Both the position numbers and the translations under genes were made by a program. The notes under the pieces were generated by a model that saw only the letters and a program-made list of their open reading frames with translations, was not told the origin of the DNA and did not search any database. From Asterias rubens (lineage: Eukaryota): a stretch of DNA of 64,000 bases. The stretch covers positions 7,750,001 to 7,814,000 of the forward strand of contig NC_047067.1 in assembly GCF_902459465.1 (NCBI RefSeq). The letters are read 5' to 3'. This document shows, one piece after another, positions 12,701 through 27,700 of the stretch; the stretch's first letter is position 1, and every line of letters begins with the position of its first letter.

Positions 12701-15700
12701 TTACAATGATCAGAGCTAATTAGAAGCCTTCCATAAATTGTTTCAGAAACAAAAACAAGTACCTATTGGGGTCTTGGCAGCAGCAGAAGTAGAGGGTCTG
12801 CTCATGGGGCCGATGCCTGCTTCATTCTCAGCGGCTACTTGGAACTCATACTCTCTACCCTTGATGAGACTGCTCACTGTGAAGTTAGACTCCTTCAGGA
12901 CCTTCCTGGTGGCTCGCATCCAGCGGATGCCGGAGGTCTCTTTCATCTCTAGGATGTAGCCGGTGATCTCTGAGCCTCCGTCGCTGCGAGGAGGTCTCCA
13001 GGAGATTGTCATGGAGGTATCTGTGATGCCCGAGACTTCAGGGGTACCTGGTGCTTCAGGAACATCTTAAAAGAACAAGAGTAGGACAGAAGGTTAAAAA
13101 AATTAATAAAAAACTGACAGCGAAAATCAAACTAGTTCAGAATAACTTGGAGATAAACCTTTTTCAATAGCTGCCCTTAAACTGTAGAACAATACTTTTC
13201 ACAGCTGCGTTTTTAGGAAATGTCTCAATCTAAAAATCTTAATTTCTGTACTGTTTTTGTACAGTGCTCTGGTCTCCTTTTTATAAGCACTTGATAAAAA
13301 ACTATTCTTTTTATTTTAAATCAAAACAGTTAACAGTATTTTTTACATGCGTCATCTCAGGGACGTGGTCAATCCCAATTTCTAAAATCTGCAACCAAGT
13401 AATCCTAGGTGCTCTATAAGAGCAAGCAATCATTTTAAGTAAAGCTCAGGATTTGAATTGAGAAAGGTCGCTGTCAAAGAAAATACTTCAACCCAGATCG
13501 GAGGCTCTAAAGCAGTTATACACTGCAATTTACAAGAACCGTTTAACAATTTTCTATCCTTGCTTACCGAATGGACTCTTAACGAGCACTGCATCAGTGC
13601 TGTCCAGCGGCTCACTCTGTCCGTACTTGTTCTCTGCTCGGACTCTGAACATATAGCTCTTGCCATCTATCAAGCCAGTCACCGTGTAGCGGATGCCTCT
13701 GACCGATCCCGACACACGGGACCACGTCAGGCGGTGATCAGCCTCACGTTTCTCCAGGATGTAGTTGGTGATGGGACTGCCTCCGTTGTCGATGGGTGGT
13801 TGCCAGGACAGTGTGACAGAGTCCTTGGTGATGTCGCTCATGTTGAGGGGGCCCTCAGGTGGGCTTGGCTTGTCTGATTGGGAAAAAATAATGCGAGACC
13901 GTTTTACAAAACGAAACACAGAGAAAAAACATCGAACGAAAAGTAAATAACCCAAATAAGTAAGCTATTTCCGTTAGCTAGTCACTAAAAAAAATGAGGG
14001 CAAACCCTGTCATATGTTTTCGTTCTGGAGGAGTAACTGCTTGTTATTTTTTCATAGGAGTTAACACTTACCAAGAACAGACACTCTGATGGTTGCACTA
14101 TCAGAGCCAGCTTTGTTGGTTGCCGTTACAACATACACTCCTCCATCTCCCTTCTCGATATTCTTAACGGTCAGACCGGTGCTGAAGTCGGACGTAGTCG
14201 TACGGACTCTCATGGCATCGGTCACCAAGTCTGACCCATCCCGGGTCCAGGTGACGGTGGGTGTGGGCTTGCCTCGGCAGGGTATGTCTAGATGCAGGAT
14301 GGACCCTGCACGCATGGTCACAGTGTCTCGATACATGTTGCCAAGCTCAAGTTTAGGGGCAGCTAGGGGCAGATGATTGAAATGTGAAATGAAGAAGAGA
14401 TAAGTTTAAGACAGCAAGGGTTTGGGTCGAGCTACATTACAACAAGTTAATGTAAACTCATGACTTTTGAAACTGGTCAGGAAATTGCTCATAAATGTCT
14501 GCATCAAGCAGACCTTTTTTCATTTTCCTCCTCATACCTGGTATGCACTCACTAAATCAATCAGAGAATCTGACTTGTTATGCACATTCAAGAAATGTAT
14601 CAAACAGTTTTAATACCCAATTTAACATGCTGCGTTCTTGTGGGGCTTTATATATGCCTTATATGTATGTATGTATGTATGTGAATACCTTTAATCAACT
14701 AAGATGTATAGACTTCAATACAATCCTGGTTATAGGAAATTTTTAAAATAACTGAATCAAACTTATGTGAATAATAATGTGTACTTGTGGATGATCCAAG
14801 ATGGACATTTATTGTCTTCTGTAAAGACCAGCAATTCAAACTGAGTAGAATTATCAGGCCAAAGTTTACAATGAAGAGACATATACCTGCTGGGCGTTCA
14901 ACCAATACAGGTCTTGGTGTCGCAGCAGCTTCTCCGACCCCAGCCTTGTTGACGGCGCTCACTCTGAACTCATACTCAGTACCCTGGATGAGCCTAGGTA
15001 CCTTGTAGGTCGTGTCGGTGACGGGGGCCATATTGACTCGACTCCATGTACTAGATTTGTCTCGCTTCTCAATGATGTAGCCAATGATCGGTGCACCGCC
15101 ATCGCTTGATGGAGTGGACCAGGTGAGAGAGACGGAATCGGCGTGGATGTTGGACACGGACAGGGGTCCGGGCTGGCCAGGAACTTCTATAATTTGAAAT
15201 CCCAAAGGAAAAAAATTGTTAAATGTTCTTTGGTCATTTCAGACAGTAGCGTATTTGATTTGGAATAAAACTTAAAATTGTTGCCAATCATTTTCCACTT
15301 TGTCAACTTTTTTCATTCTGCAACTGTTCTTCATTAAGAAAATGATTGGTAATTCAGAGAAAATCATTGAAAAATACTAATTTTGAAAACATCTGCCAGA
15401 CCCTCTATAAAACACAAATATTACATATAATGACCTAGGGGGTCAGACAAACTTTTCACCACTTGCATGCAGACTGCAGTAGTTCATTGGAGTAAACATA
15501 CCGCCACACGAGTACCTCAGTGAAATTTTACAAATTGTCCTAGATCCAGGTAATGGATGACACCATAATGATCTTCTATTTGTTAGTATTAGTGCTATTG
15601 ATCATTCCATGATTTGGCCAATTTAAATTTATTCAAGGCAGGCCTCTCGACGAAACAACAATTACTACAACTACTAAAAGTTGTATTATATCGTTACTGA

Positions 15701-18700
15701 CCATTTGTATTGTGTTGCCTACAGTTCTTTGTCAAGGACAGTTTAGTTTCCTCAGTGAGGGATTATAAAGTTGTATCTATCTATCTTTCTATCTATCTAC
15801 TAACCGTAATCTCCTTTGGGAATAACCTTCTCTCCTTCCAGAGGTTCGCTGACACCAGATTTATTCTCAGCTCGAACACGGAACTGGTACTCGCTCTCCT
15901 CCGTCAGGCCAGACACCCTGTGCATGGTCTCTGTCAACGCGGCCGACACCTTGGTCCATGCTCGCATGCTTGTCTCGCGCTTCTCCAGGATGTAACCGAT
16001 GATCTGGCTGCCTCCATCGTCAGAGGGAGGGCTCCAGGAGAGCGTGACGTCATTGCTGCCGAGACGAACAACCTGGGGAAGGTGAGTGAGAAGATAGAGA
16101 TGTATCACCCAATTAGTTTAAATAGTTTTATTAGTTTTATATTTCCCAATTTCTGTAATTGGCGGCTGGTCCGCTGTTGGTTTGGACAATAAATACAACT
16201 AGAAATAAAATACAATTGTCTTTCCTGGGTGTACAATACATACCATGTAGCACCAAAATACTTTTTGGCTTCATGGACCTTTCATAGAAAGGATGTTACA
16301 AAATCAAGCTGCAACAATGTAAGACCTTCAGCAACTACATGAAAGTAAAATCTTGGAGATTTGTCTTTGCAAACCTGCGCCCTTGAATACTGTTTTTTGT
16401 CAGAAACTGTGTGCTTTATAAGTGCTGTTTTATTATCATTATTAAACTGATATCTATTTTATTTTACCACTTCTGAACTGTGAACAGTAAAAGCTATCAT
16501 TCAGATAGTTTGTCCGATACTCTAAAAGAAAAACTAACAAGATTGTCAGAACTGATTTTGTACATATTTTTTGCATTGCCAACTACCCTTAACAGACTAG
16601 CCTACTCACTCCCTCAGACACTGTTAGTCTTTCAAAATGGCTCTTAAGAAAACCTGTTTCCTACATTGTAGCTGGTTTTCCCTTAACTTCAGTCTGCTTT
16701 CCTCTTTCTAGCAACTGATAACCGTCAAAGTTTGGGTGCTTTATAAATCCTGTTTATATAAATATAATTTTGTTGTTTTTAGAACCACTTTACCTGCAGA
16801 GGTCCTTCAGGCGGGGAAGGCCTGTCGACGACTTTGACCGTGACCGTCGCAGATGCTTCTCCCGATTTATTGGTCGCTGTGATGACATAACCACCGCTGT
16901 CTCCTCGTTCAGAGTTTCTGTTATTCAGGACGGAGCCAAACTCATTGGTCTCAATGCTGATCCTGAGGGATCTATCGACGACGTTGGTGTTGTGTGTCCA
17001 TTTGATGGTTGGTACTGGAGTGCCTTTGTAAGGTACCTCGACACGGAAGGAGGTACCAGCCCTCACTGTGATCACTCGCTGATACTTCAGATCCAATTCC
17101 AATTTGGGAGGTACTGTTTGAGAAAGCGTGATGAAAAGTTTGATTAAATTTGGTTCAACTTCTCAGAGTTGCATTACTGTTACTGGTTTAGCTCATTTTC
17201 CCCCTTTCTTTGTAGTGTTTCTGGTTGATTATATCTTTTGTCAGCTTTTGGTTCACTACGTCTGTCGTATTCAATCATGGTTTATTGTATACTTGATTTT
17301 TGTATTTTATGTATTTCAATAAATATATGCATTTTGAAATATTCTTATCTCTAAAAATTGTCTTAACTAGGCATATGGCTGCATAATGTTTTTACCAGTA
17401 AACCGTTTCAATTAAATCAAATTAAATTCCGTTCCTTTTTTTTGCTACAGTGAAAGATATCTCCACAATTGTTCCTTCACAAGTTCCTTTTTTATATTCA
17501 ACAAATGAATGATCCATGAGAATAGGTGTGACCACAAAGTTCCTATTGACCCCTTGCACGCGCGTCACACACGGCGACTGATGCCACGCTCAACATGTTG
17601 GTGGGCAGTTAGGTTTACGTGTATTAACGCCGCGTCGCCTAAAATGTGCACTTCACTGCATAACGCACAGCATAGAGTTATATATAAAAACGTACAGTGA
17701 AGTTGCCTATATACGGGCACATTCAAGATTTTTTCTGATGATGACGTCAGGTGAAATGGGTCATTTGGATTATTTAATAAACCCACCAACAAAGGTTTCT
17801 CAACTTACCTGGTGGGTTTTCAGCGATGGCACTGTGCGATGGCTCACTGGGGTTACCAGTTCCTGCCCGGTTCACTGCCGAGACTCTGAACTCATACTCT
17901 GCCCCACGCAGCAGTCTTCCAACCTGGAAAGATGATGATAAAATTCTTTTAAAAATAATAAAAATATGAGTATGTCAACAGTTGTGATTGTTCTACCTAA
18001 TGCTACCACTTCTTTTAAACTTTAACAAGACTCTTGTTAACTCTTTCAGTGCCCACTTTTTTTGTGTTTTGAACCAAAATGCTCAGCTTGTATAAATTTG
18101 TTCAAAATTGTGTATAAAATTAAAATTATTAAGTCTTTCTCTCCAAACAATATGTGTCTTGCTGCCCAAAGTCAAAAGCATTTCTTGAGAAATAATGCCC
18201 TCTAGTGATAACATTTTATATGAGTCAATGGTTTGATTTATTACACTTTTTGAGTTCATTCAACAGATTGTAAATATACAATAACTGCACTTTCAGAATA
18301 AAAAAAATAGATCGTATATGTACAACCTTTGCACTAAAAGAGTTAATACCAAGGTGATTTTCTAAATAGTAACAAGTTAACAATACAACAAACAATTATT
18401 AGAGTGATTTCTTGCAGTAAAATTTATTTTTGTTTTACTAATTTCTCAAAAACTACAGCACCTCAGCAGGTAATATTTTAAGTGAAGCTTTCAACCATCA
18501 ATATCTTGAAACGAGTCGAGTTTCATGCAATCTGTGAACGTTGTGTTTTGTGTCCTACAAAGAGTACCCAGACCCTTTAATAAATAAACATTATTACGAG
18601 TTGATAGCTCACCTTAAACGTGGTATCTGGAGTAGGTGTGAGGGTTGCTTTAACCCATCGAGGACTGGTAGTCTGTCTCATTTCTACAACATAGCCACTG

Positions 18701-21700
18701 ACCGGTGCCCCGCCATCATGAAGTGGAGGACTCCATGATAGAGACATTGAGTCAACGGTAATGTTCGACACATCTGGGGCATCGGGGGCATCCGGGACAA
18801 CTGCGGGAGGGAAGACGGATAAAAGAACTCTTTCAGACAAAAGCAATTCAACATTGAAATGAATGAGGAAAAGGAAGATAAAATGTATTCTGCAATGAAA
18901 ACAGACCTTAGTTATAGGGTGCGTTTTTGATGTCGTAACCAATAACTGTTTGGGTTGAATTTGCCATTGATTAACCACTGGCCAAAGACAGAAATAGTAA
19001 TTGGTGACAGCCATGAAAACGCACCATGAAAATGGAGGCATTTTGTTTTTTCACCAAATTGAAGTTGAAATGACAAATTAGCCAGATGTTGATTTTGTAT
19101 GATGCAAATCGGTATAGACAGCGCAAGTCTCATACAGACTGAAACATTATTTGGGAATCTTAGGGTTCCATTGCTTCAATATGTGAAGGAAATTACACTT
19201 CGATAGATCTCAGCATTTAAATACCTGTAAGACTTGAGGTCGATTTCACAAAGATATTCCTAGCCTTAGTACTAGTCATAGGACTCTTTCAAAGTCATTA
19301 AAAACTTAAGGCTAGTCCTAAAATAGGACGAGTAACTCGTCCCAATGCAAGATAAGACTACTCTTAACTCTTTGTCAAATCCACTCTTAAACAGTCTACT
19401 TACAAAGTTTGTTACAGCTTTAAGCCCGGTTCATACTTCCTGCGAATGCGAATCGAATTTGACGTCACAACCCTCCTTTCGCAGCGATATTCGCAAGTGA
19501 GTTGAGCAAAGTTGAATTGCTGCGAATTATTTGTTGCGAATGTGTGACGTCAACTTTCGTATCGCATTCGCATTTACAGGAAGTACGAACCGGGCTTTAC
19601 AAAGGTATTTCGTAGACCTATTCAAATGAACTCACCATATTGCCCTTTTGGTGTGATATCCTGGCCCTCTAGAGGTTCGCTGATACCGAACTGATTCTGC
19701 GCGGTAACCCTGAACTGATAACGCTTGTATTCCTTCAGTCCAGTCACTCTGTACGTCAGATCAGTGATGTTCTTATCAGTCACAGGCTTCCACTTGAAGT
19801 CAAGCTCTCCCTGCTTCTCCACGATGTAATTAAAGATGCGGCTACCTCCATCCTCCTGCGGCGGGCGCCAGGATAGTGTGACGGCATTCTCTGTCACGTC
19901 TGTTTGCTCCAAGGGGCCACGAGGCGGGCCAGGTTTGTCAAAGATCTTTATCTGAATGCTTGCGGAGTCGCTTCCGGCGTCGTTTTTGACTACCACGGTG
20001 TAGTTACCGGCGTCGGACCTCTCACAGTTCTTGATGATCATTGTGACGGCTCGGTCGCTCGTCTCAACCTTCATCCGGTGGGACGAGGGTAAAGAAGCGC
20101 CCTCTCTTGTCCAAGTTGTCCTCGGGATGGGAAAGCCAGTGTAGGGTACAACTGCTTTGATAGTGGTGCCAACCTTTGCTGTTATTGGCTCCGTGATTTC
20201 TCCAAGTTTGGGCAAGACTGAAATTAAAAAAGATTATTGAGAAAATTATAATGAAGTGTTACCTGTACTTCAACTTCTGCCTCAGTGTACTAAGTTCAAG
20301 AACTTTTGTCTCAAAAGAATCATCGGTACAAAAACAATTATCTGTATTCTACTTTTATTTTCAAAAGAAAATTTTGAGTATTTTGAGTGACCTTTCGAAA
20401 AAAGAAAAAACCCTCACCCGATGCTTCCTGGGCCTTCACTCTCACAGTTGGCTCGCTGGGAGTTCCCAAACCCATTCTGTTCTCGGCAACGATCCTGAAC
20501 TCGTACTCCCCTCCACGGGTGAGCCTAGTCACTCTGCAGGATGTCTCATCCGCTCCGATTACTGCCACCTTGCTCCAGTAGACACTGGTGCGATCTTTCT
20601 TCTCGATGACATAACCTGTTATTTCAGCGCCACCATTGAATGACGGCGGTAGCCATGAGAGACTGACCGAGTCTGATGTTGTGTCAGTGATCTGAGGTGT
20701 GCTAGGTGGTCCAGGAACATCTGGTAAAATGATTTGAATGTGTTGTTAACATTAATTGTATGTAGAGACATCTACAACAAAATAGAGCAGAGAAGTTCAA
20801 ACAACCTTAAAAAGCTTTATAAAAAAATCAAGCAGGGAATCAGCCACAACTGATGAAGTTGCCAGAAAAAGTTTGTATTTGTCTATTTTTGTAAGGACAT
20901 TTGGCCCCAGAGCCAGCATCTATACTGATGACTCCTACAATGCACAGGTCAGGTCACAGAAAATTCTGTCTTCAAATTTGAGATTAGTCATTTAATTTAT
21001 TTCAGTTACAATTAAAACTCTTTGCCAGCCATAATCATGACTAGAGCATGGCTAGTCCAAACGTTGAGACCAATGCCCCTTATTTTTGACCGCGCGAGGG
21101 CGCTATAAATAGTATGTTGATCACTTCCGGGGGTACACGCGATTCGCCCTGCACAAATTAATAGGCGTTCTGTCACTTTTGTTGCGCCGTAGTTTCAATT
21201 TGCTTTAGAGGTGGATTATAACGGCTCCTTTAAAAGTCTTATTGTCTGTGATGGATTAGATGTCTGTGGTTATAATGTGTTCCAATCTTTAAAAACTGTT
21301 TTGGGTATGAATGAATATACCCCCGGAAGTGATTGAGAGCGCCATCACGCGGTCAAAAATATGGCCCATTAAGAACTCACTCCGCGGTAGTGAAGTTAAT
21401 AATGAGAAGTCCCCTCGATCCACTAAAGCGAAAGTAGAAGTCCCGGCGGAATTCCCATAAACAGAAAGTCTAATCTGCACTATTTTTACTCTCAATCTAC
21501 TTTACAAACACGCTTCAGACTCACCATATTTACTCTTGATCAAGATGGACTCAGTCCCTTCCAGTGGCTCACTCTCACCGATCTTATTCACAGCGATTAT
21601 CCTGAACGCATACTCGGTACGCTCGATCAGATTGGTGATCGTGCAGGTGGTGTCGCTGATGCGTTGTGTCACACGAGCCCAGGAGGATCTCTTGGTGTCT

Positions 21701-24700
21701 CGTTTCTCTACGACGTAGTGAGTGATTCTGCTCCCTCCGTCTTCCGACGACGGATTCCAGGAGAGTGTTATACAGGTCTTGTCCATGTCACATGTTTCTA
21801 TTGGACCGCGAGGTGGGCCTGGACGATCAAGAACCTTTGAGGTGGGGTGAAATTCAAAGAAAATATTGTTATTTACCAAAGTCCTTAGATAGTTTTCTAA
21901 TCAGAAAGCAGTCAAGTCTAAAGTCTCAAGTCTGAAACTGATCAGATATTTTGAAAATTTAACCTAAGATTCTGCCTGTTGGAAATTTCTCATATCTGCA
22001 TCAGTCACCCCCTATTTTGTTGTTATAAATTTTGCAAAAACGAGTATACTCACTTGCACACGAATCATTGCGGTCTCGCTTCCAGCCGAATTGCTAACAG
22101 TGAGTTTGTACGCTCCTTCGTCTGCCTTTACGCAGTTCTTGGCAGTCAAGACGGTCTCACGATCTGTGGTCTCAATCTTAACCCTTGTAGAGGACACCAG
22201 TGTCACGCCATCTTTGTCCCATTTGACCGTTGGTTTTGGCTTGGCTTTGTAGGGCACGTCCAGATGGAATGTGGTACCGGCGCGGACGGTCAGTGTCTCA
22301 CGGTATTTGTTCAGATCAAGCTTTGGAGGTACTGTGAAGTAATTGAGATTCATAGTAAAAGTTATTTTAGACCCACTCCTACAAAATGACAGGAAAATAC
22401 TGCTTGAGAAATATTTTTGATGAGCAAAAAATTGAGTGGAGCACCAGCCACAACAATGCAAAATTCATGTAATTCTGGCTGAAACCTGTGCTTAGCAATT
22501 TTTTTTGTGCTTAAAGGCTTTATGAAACTGGGCCCAGGCCATTAACTTTGTTGTGAATTTGAACAGCTAAATCTATTTTCCCATCTTCGACTAACAGTCA
22601 ACTTCGGCGGATAAGCTAACATTTAAGTTCTCATTTCTTGCACATTTAGCCTTGTTCTGAATTGATTGAGTTTTTACCCCAAACTGATGCATAAAAACAC
22701 CAGATACAAAGTACATTGTAAGTTGTGTGACACAGGCAACAATTTCACATGTTAAATCACTTTTTTGTACATAAAAAAACCCTGTTTCGAAACTTTTGAT
22801 TGACTCTTACCAGCGACACCCTTAGTATCGGTAGCACCGCTAGGCTTGCCCGGTCCAGCTTCGTTGACGGCGCACACTCTGTACTGATACGCAGCACCCT
22901 CCGGAATATCTCTCACGACAAAAGTGCAACCGGAGATTGGTTCCTTGGTGATCGGGGTCCAGCGTGAGGTATAGCGATCGGAACGCTCAATGATGTAACC
23001 GGTGATCGGGTTACCTCCATCGCTACTCGGTGGAGTCCAAGAGAGGTTGAGTGTCGTTCTAGTCACATCTGAGATCTCGGGAGAACCTGGGGCACCAGGT
23101 GCGTCTGTTCAAAAGAAAAAACATCAGTAAAAATGTGTTGGGATTGAGTAATTTTTTGTGGGACAAAAACATGACTTGAACCTGCAACCCCACTACCTGT
23201 GCTCTATCAACTGGGCAATGTTACATCAATAAAACTCAGCCTCCTACTACAACGGCCGGGAGTACTTCTCTCGGAGAGTAGGGAGTCCCACGAGTGTGGA
23301 ACACTGACCCTAGACAAAAACTAGCTTTTCTACCACGGACGGGAGTACTGCTCCCGGAGGGAGTCCCACGGAGGTGAGACGCTAGTTAATTTATATATCG
23401 TAATTAATTAAATTAAGGAAGACACGGAGACACAACAATAATATATATACACTTGGAAAATAAGGTAAGGGGATGTATTCGATCCCCGAGAACCCTGAGT
23501 GCTACTCGCGCTCGGGTCTCAACAGAATTCAGAATATATATCTTAGCAAATCATGCAATAATTCTCAAGAATTCGGGGATAAGTGTAACAGAAAACACGT
23601 CTCGGGCTCTTCCAAAACGTCACTCGAAATGACTGAAACTCTACTAATGAACTGGTTGTAATCTTATAGGAATAAAGCGAACGTACAAGTACTCTAGCTA
23701 AAGCAAGAGGGTGGAAAAACTCACGTCTACCACGTACGGTCGCTAGAAAAAGAAGGACGTATTTGGCGGAGCTACTGCGTAGCATGCTGGGTGGGCGCGA
23801 GAGGGCGCCCTCTGGTTGTCAATTTTTCTAGCGAATTAGCCTGTCGGCTATGAAATATGCATAAGTAGTGGCTATTTGGGTAAGTGAATGAAATAGACTT
23901 AACATGTTCACAAATTAAACATACTTAAACTAGCGAACAACAATTTTGTCAATCCCCAAACAACTCCCTTTACAGAAACATTGAACCCAAACCCCCCTTA
24001 TTATTTGGTTCCTCCCAAATTACAAAAGCTTTAAATCACATTTTATCTGTAGACCTTAACCAGAATTTTCTCACAAGCCATCATTCGGAATATTCAGTAA
24101 CCTACCACAAATCTAAGAACTTACCATATGGAGCCTTGGCAAACACTGGTTTACAGGGCTCGCTCGGCGGTCCCACTCCGGCCTTATTCTCAGCGCTCAC
24201 TCTAAACTCATACTGACTACCCTCTCGCAAACTGGTCACTGTGTACTCAAGTTCGTGGCTCGAGTGAGAGGTGACTCGGCTCCATTTGAAGCCAAATGCT
24301 TCTCGCTTCTCGAGGTGGTAGCTGGTGATCTTACTCCCTCCATCTGAGAGTGGAGGGGACCATGAGAGTGAGACCGAGGACCTTGAGGTGTCGGTGACGA
24401 TAGGTGCGGCAGGCTTGTCAGGAGTATCTGTCATTTTTGAGAACACACACAATATACATACATTCAGTCGACCCTTCTACTGCCTTACCATTCAATATAA
24501 CGTGCTTTTGAATGACAGAAAGACTATGCCAGACTGCAAGATGATATCAAGTAGTAAATGTTATTTACCCATATACTATCATTTGTAATTTTTAATGGCA
24601 AATTAAAGAAAGTATGAGGGTGAATCATATTATTCTTTAACAATCCTCTGGTTTTCTAAAACATTGATTATGTGAAAATGTATATCAATTGTAAAATTAT

Positions 24701-27700
24701 TAATATGGTAACAGTTTTGATACATGCTTGGTATGTTTTACTAAAAATTGCTAAAGTATATTCAAATTTCTTATATGTGTAATGAAGATAAAGAAAGATT
24801 AAGGATGCAGTTCAATGTGCCTTTTTTTCTTGTATTATTATACATCCCCCCCCCTAAAATATATATATATATATATAAGTAGAGGTTTCATAGTAAACTG
24901 GTAAAAAAGAGAGATGTTATTGTTGTTTTTAATAATAAACCAGAGCAGTAACAGTAATAGATAATGGATAAAACGTCAAGAACATACCATAGGGCGGCTT
25001 TGCCATCCTAGTCTGCGAAGAGTCACTTGGTTCTCCGAATCCAGCCTTATTCTCAGCCAAGATCCTAAACTGGTACTCAGACTTCTCCACCAGATCACGT
25101 ACTGTGTAAGATGTCTCTTTGATGCTTAACTGATTCACTGGTACCCACCGTAAGGCTAGCTTCTCTTTCTTCTGGATGACGTAACCGATGACGCTGGAGC
25201 CTCCGTCGGACTGAGGAGGAGACCACTCCAAATGCATGGAAGTGGCTGTGACGTCGGTGATGGTTGGCGCACCGGGTGGGCCGGGAACATCTGAAGATTA
25301 AAACACAAATAATTATTGAATAATATAAACGTTTTTAGTAATACTAACTAGTTCTGATAAAGCGCATTTCACAATAACTTCTCAATCCGCTTTACATTGG
25401 TGCACTGGTCATTGGACCGATAACAGCTCCCTGGGGAGTATACAGCCCTGAGCTGCCGTGGCGCTCCAGTGGCTTTTTTATACACAATATCAACCTCTAC
25501 CCTCGCAGGTACCGATTTACACCCCGGGGTGAAGAGAAGCAATCAAAGTAAAGATTTTGCTCAAGGACACAAGTGTCATGACTGGGATTCGAACCCACAC
25601 TCCGATAAATTAACCCTCAGAACTTGCATTTGATTCTCTTTTCCTCTAGGCCATGATACCCTTTAGATATTTGTTTCTACCATCACAGAGCAATTCCTAA
25701 AAAGATATACTTCTTAAAAGGACCTACTTCATAAGTACTTGGACTTCTCAACAAATGTTGTGAACAGTGCACTGGTATGTTAGCTTCCAAAGACTTTTGA
25801 CTTTTCTCACCGTAGGGCGGTTTGGCAACTGTTGGTTTACTAGCTGAGCTCGGCTTTCCATTGCCAGCTTTATTGATGGCGATCACACGGAACTGGTACT
25901 CATTCCCTTCACGTAGGCCTCCGATGGTTCCAGAAGTTCCAGTGAACTTGTCGACCTGCGTCCAGCGAGTGCTGAATGGCTCCTGCTTCTCAATGATGTA
26001 GCCTGTGATTGGACTACCACCGTCGGAGGACGGAGGCGACCAGGAGAGTGTCATGGAGTTACCAGTGACATCTGTGACTGTCGGGGAGGTGGGAACACCA
26101 GGCACTCCTGTTGTGATAAGATGGGACAAACAAAAGTTAACTTGGTCAGTTTGTATGAGTTTTTCTTTAAAATGGCTGTAGAGCAACAGCAAGTGAAACT
26201 ACCATCAATGAGATTTATATAAATAAAAGTTTCTTGTGTGGCTGAAGTTGATGCTTAACAATGGGTATCTTTGATTAATTACAAAATCAAAGCTTCTTGA
26301 AGCTGGGTTCAAGTGCACTGTATCAAACAAACAAATAGAAAAGCCCTAGGGAAAATGTAATGAAAAAGAGATAACTTATAGGGAATGAGACACAAAACAA
26401 TTGAGATGTAATTCCGACAACAAAATAAGAACAATTGAAAAATAAGATGAGCACCACAACTTGGCGAAAGAAACTCACCAAATGGAGGTCTGATTACAGT
26501 TGGCCTTGTGGGTTCGCTCGCCTTTCCTACACCAGCCTTATTCTCAGCGTACACTCTGAACTCATACTCGAGTCCTTCCTTCAAGTCGGGCACGGCCATC
26601 TCAGTTTCTGTCACCGAGTAACGGTTAACTCTTGACCAGCGTGTGCTGTACTGTTCCTTCTTTTCAATGATGTAGCCTGTGATTACTGCTCCTCCATCGG
26701 ATCCAGGTGGGCTCCACGTCAATGTAGCAGAGTTAGAAGTGGTTTCCTTCACAGTGACATCTTCTGGAGAGTCTGGGACATCTGGGGGTAAAGGAGGGTT
26801 TGCTTTGTCATTTCATATTCTCAACAACCATATTCATACACATAGCTCTGTTACATCATACAATTAGAGCCCAGTGGTATAGAACATTAAGAGAAAGTAC
26901 AATTTAGGTAAATTTGAGATCGGGATCTGGACAAATATTCTCAAGGCTCTAATTAGAGCCAAACGAGAAGAGAAGATGATGAAGAAATTTCATGTCTTTT
27001 TTTAGATGTGGGAGGAAAACCCGCGAGAATTATTCCAGGGAAAGCCCACGCAGTCAAGTAGGGACTGAAAACCCAAGCCACATGGTGCTCCCCAGTGGGA
27101 TTCAAACCAGGGTCCCAGAGGTGGAAGGTGAGGCAAGAGATCATTCAGTTTAATTTTAAATTCACAAATATTTTATCTTTGTAACAAATACCCACAAAAG
27201 AAGTGAACATATATTTTCCCAAGACTACTACAGAAACCCAAATACTCACTGTATGGAGGCTTGGCAGTGGATGGCTCAGATGCTTCACTCGGTTTCCCAA
27301 CGCCTGCCCGGTTCTCAGCGCTCACTCGGAACTCATACTCATTTCCGAACTTGAGTTCTGTGGCTCTGAAGGTGGTCTCTGTAACTGTGAACCGGTTTAT
27401 TTTCTGCCAACGTGTGCCGAAGCGTTCTTTCCTCTCGATGGTGTAACCGATGATCTTGTTACCCCCATCAGAGAGTGGAGGAGTCCAAATGACAGTCATT
27501 TCTGTAGTGTCGGCTTTGGTGACCTCAGGTTTACCTGGGGCTTCAGGAACGTCTAATGGGAATAAAGGGAGGGGATAAATGTCATAAGGTCTTTTCACAT
27601 TATCATGCTTCAACCTGTGCCGAAAGCTACATGGTTCCAATACAGATTGACATCCTAAAATTTCAACACTTTTCAAATTCCCTCTGTCCAACATAGACAT

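Noticed and set aside
21031-21071. Plus-strand hammerhead-like motif as a functional ribozyme
   Set aside because: The CUGANGA is lost and G12 is changed to C; it is kept only as supporting evidence for the family.
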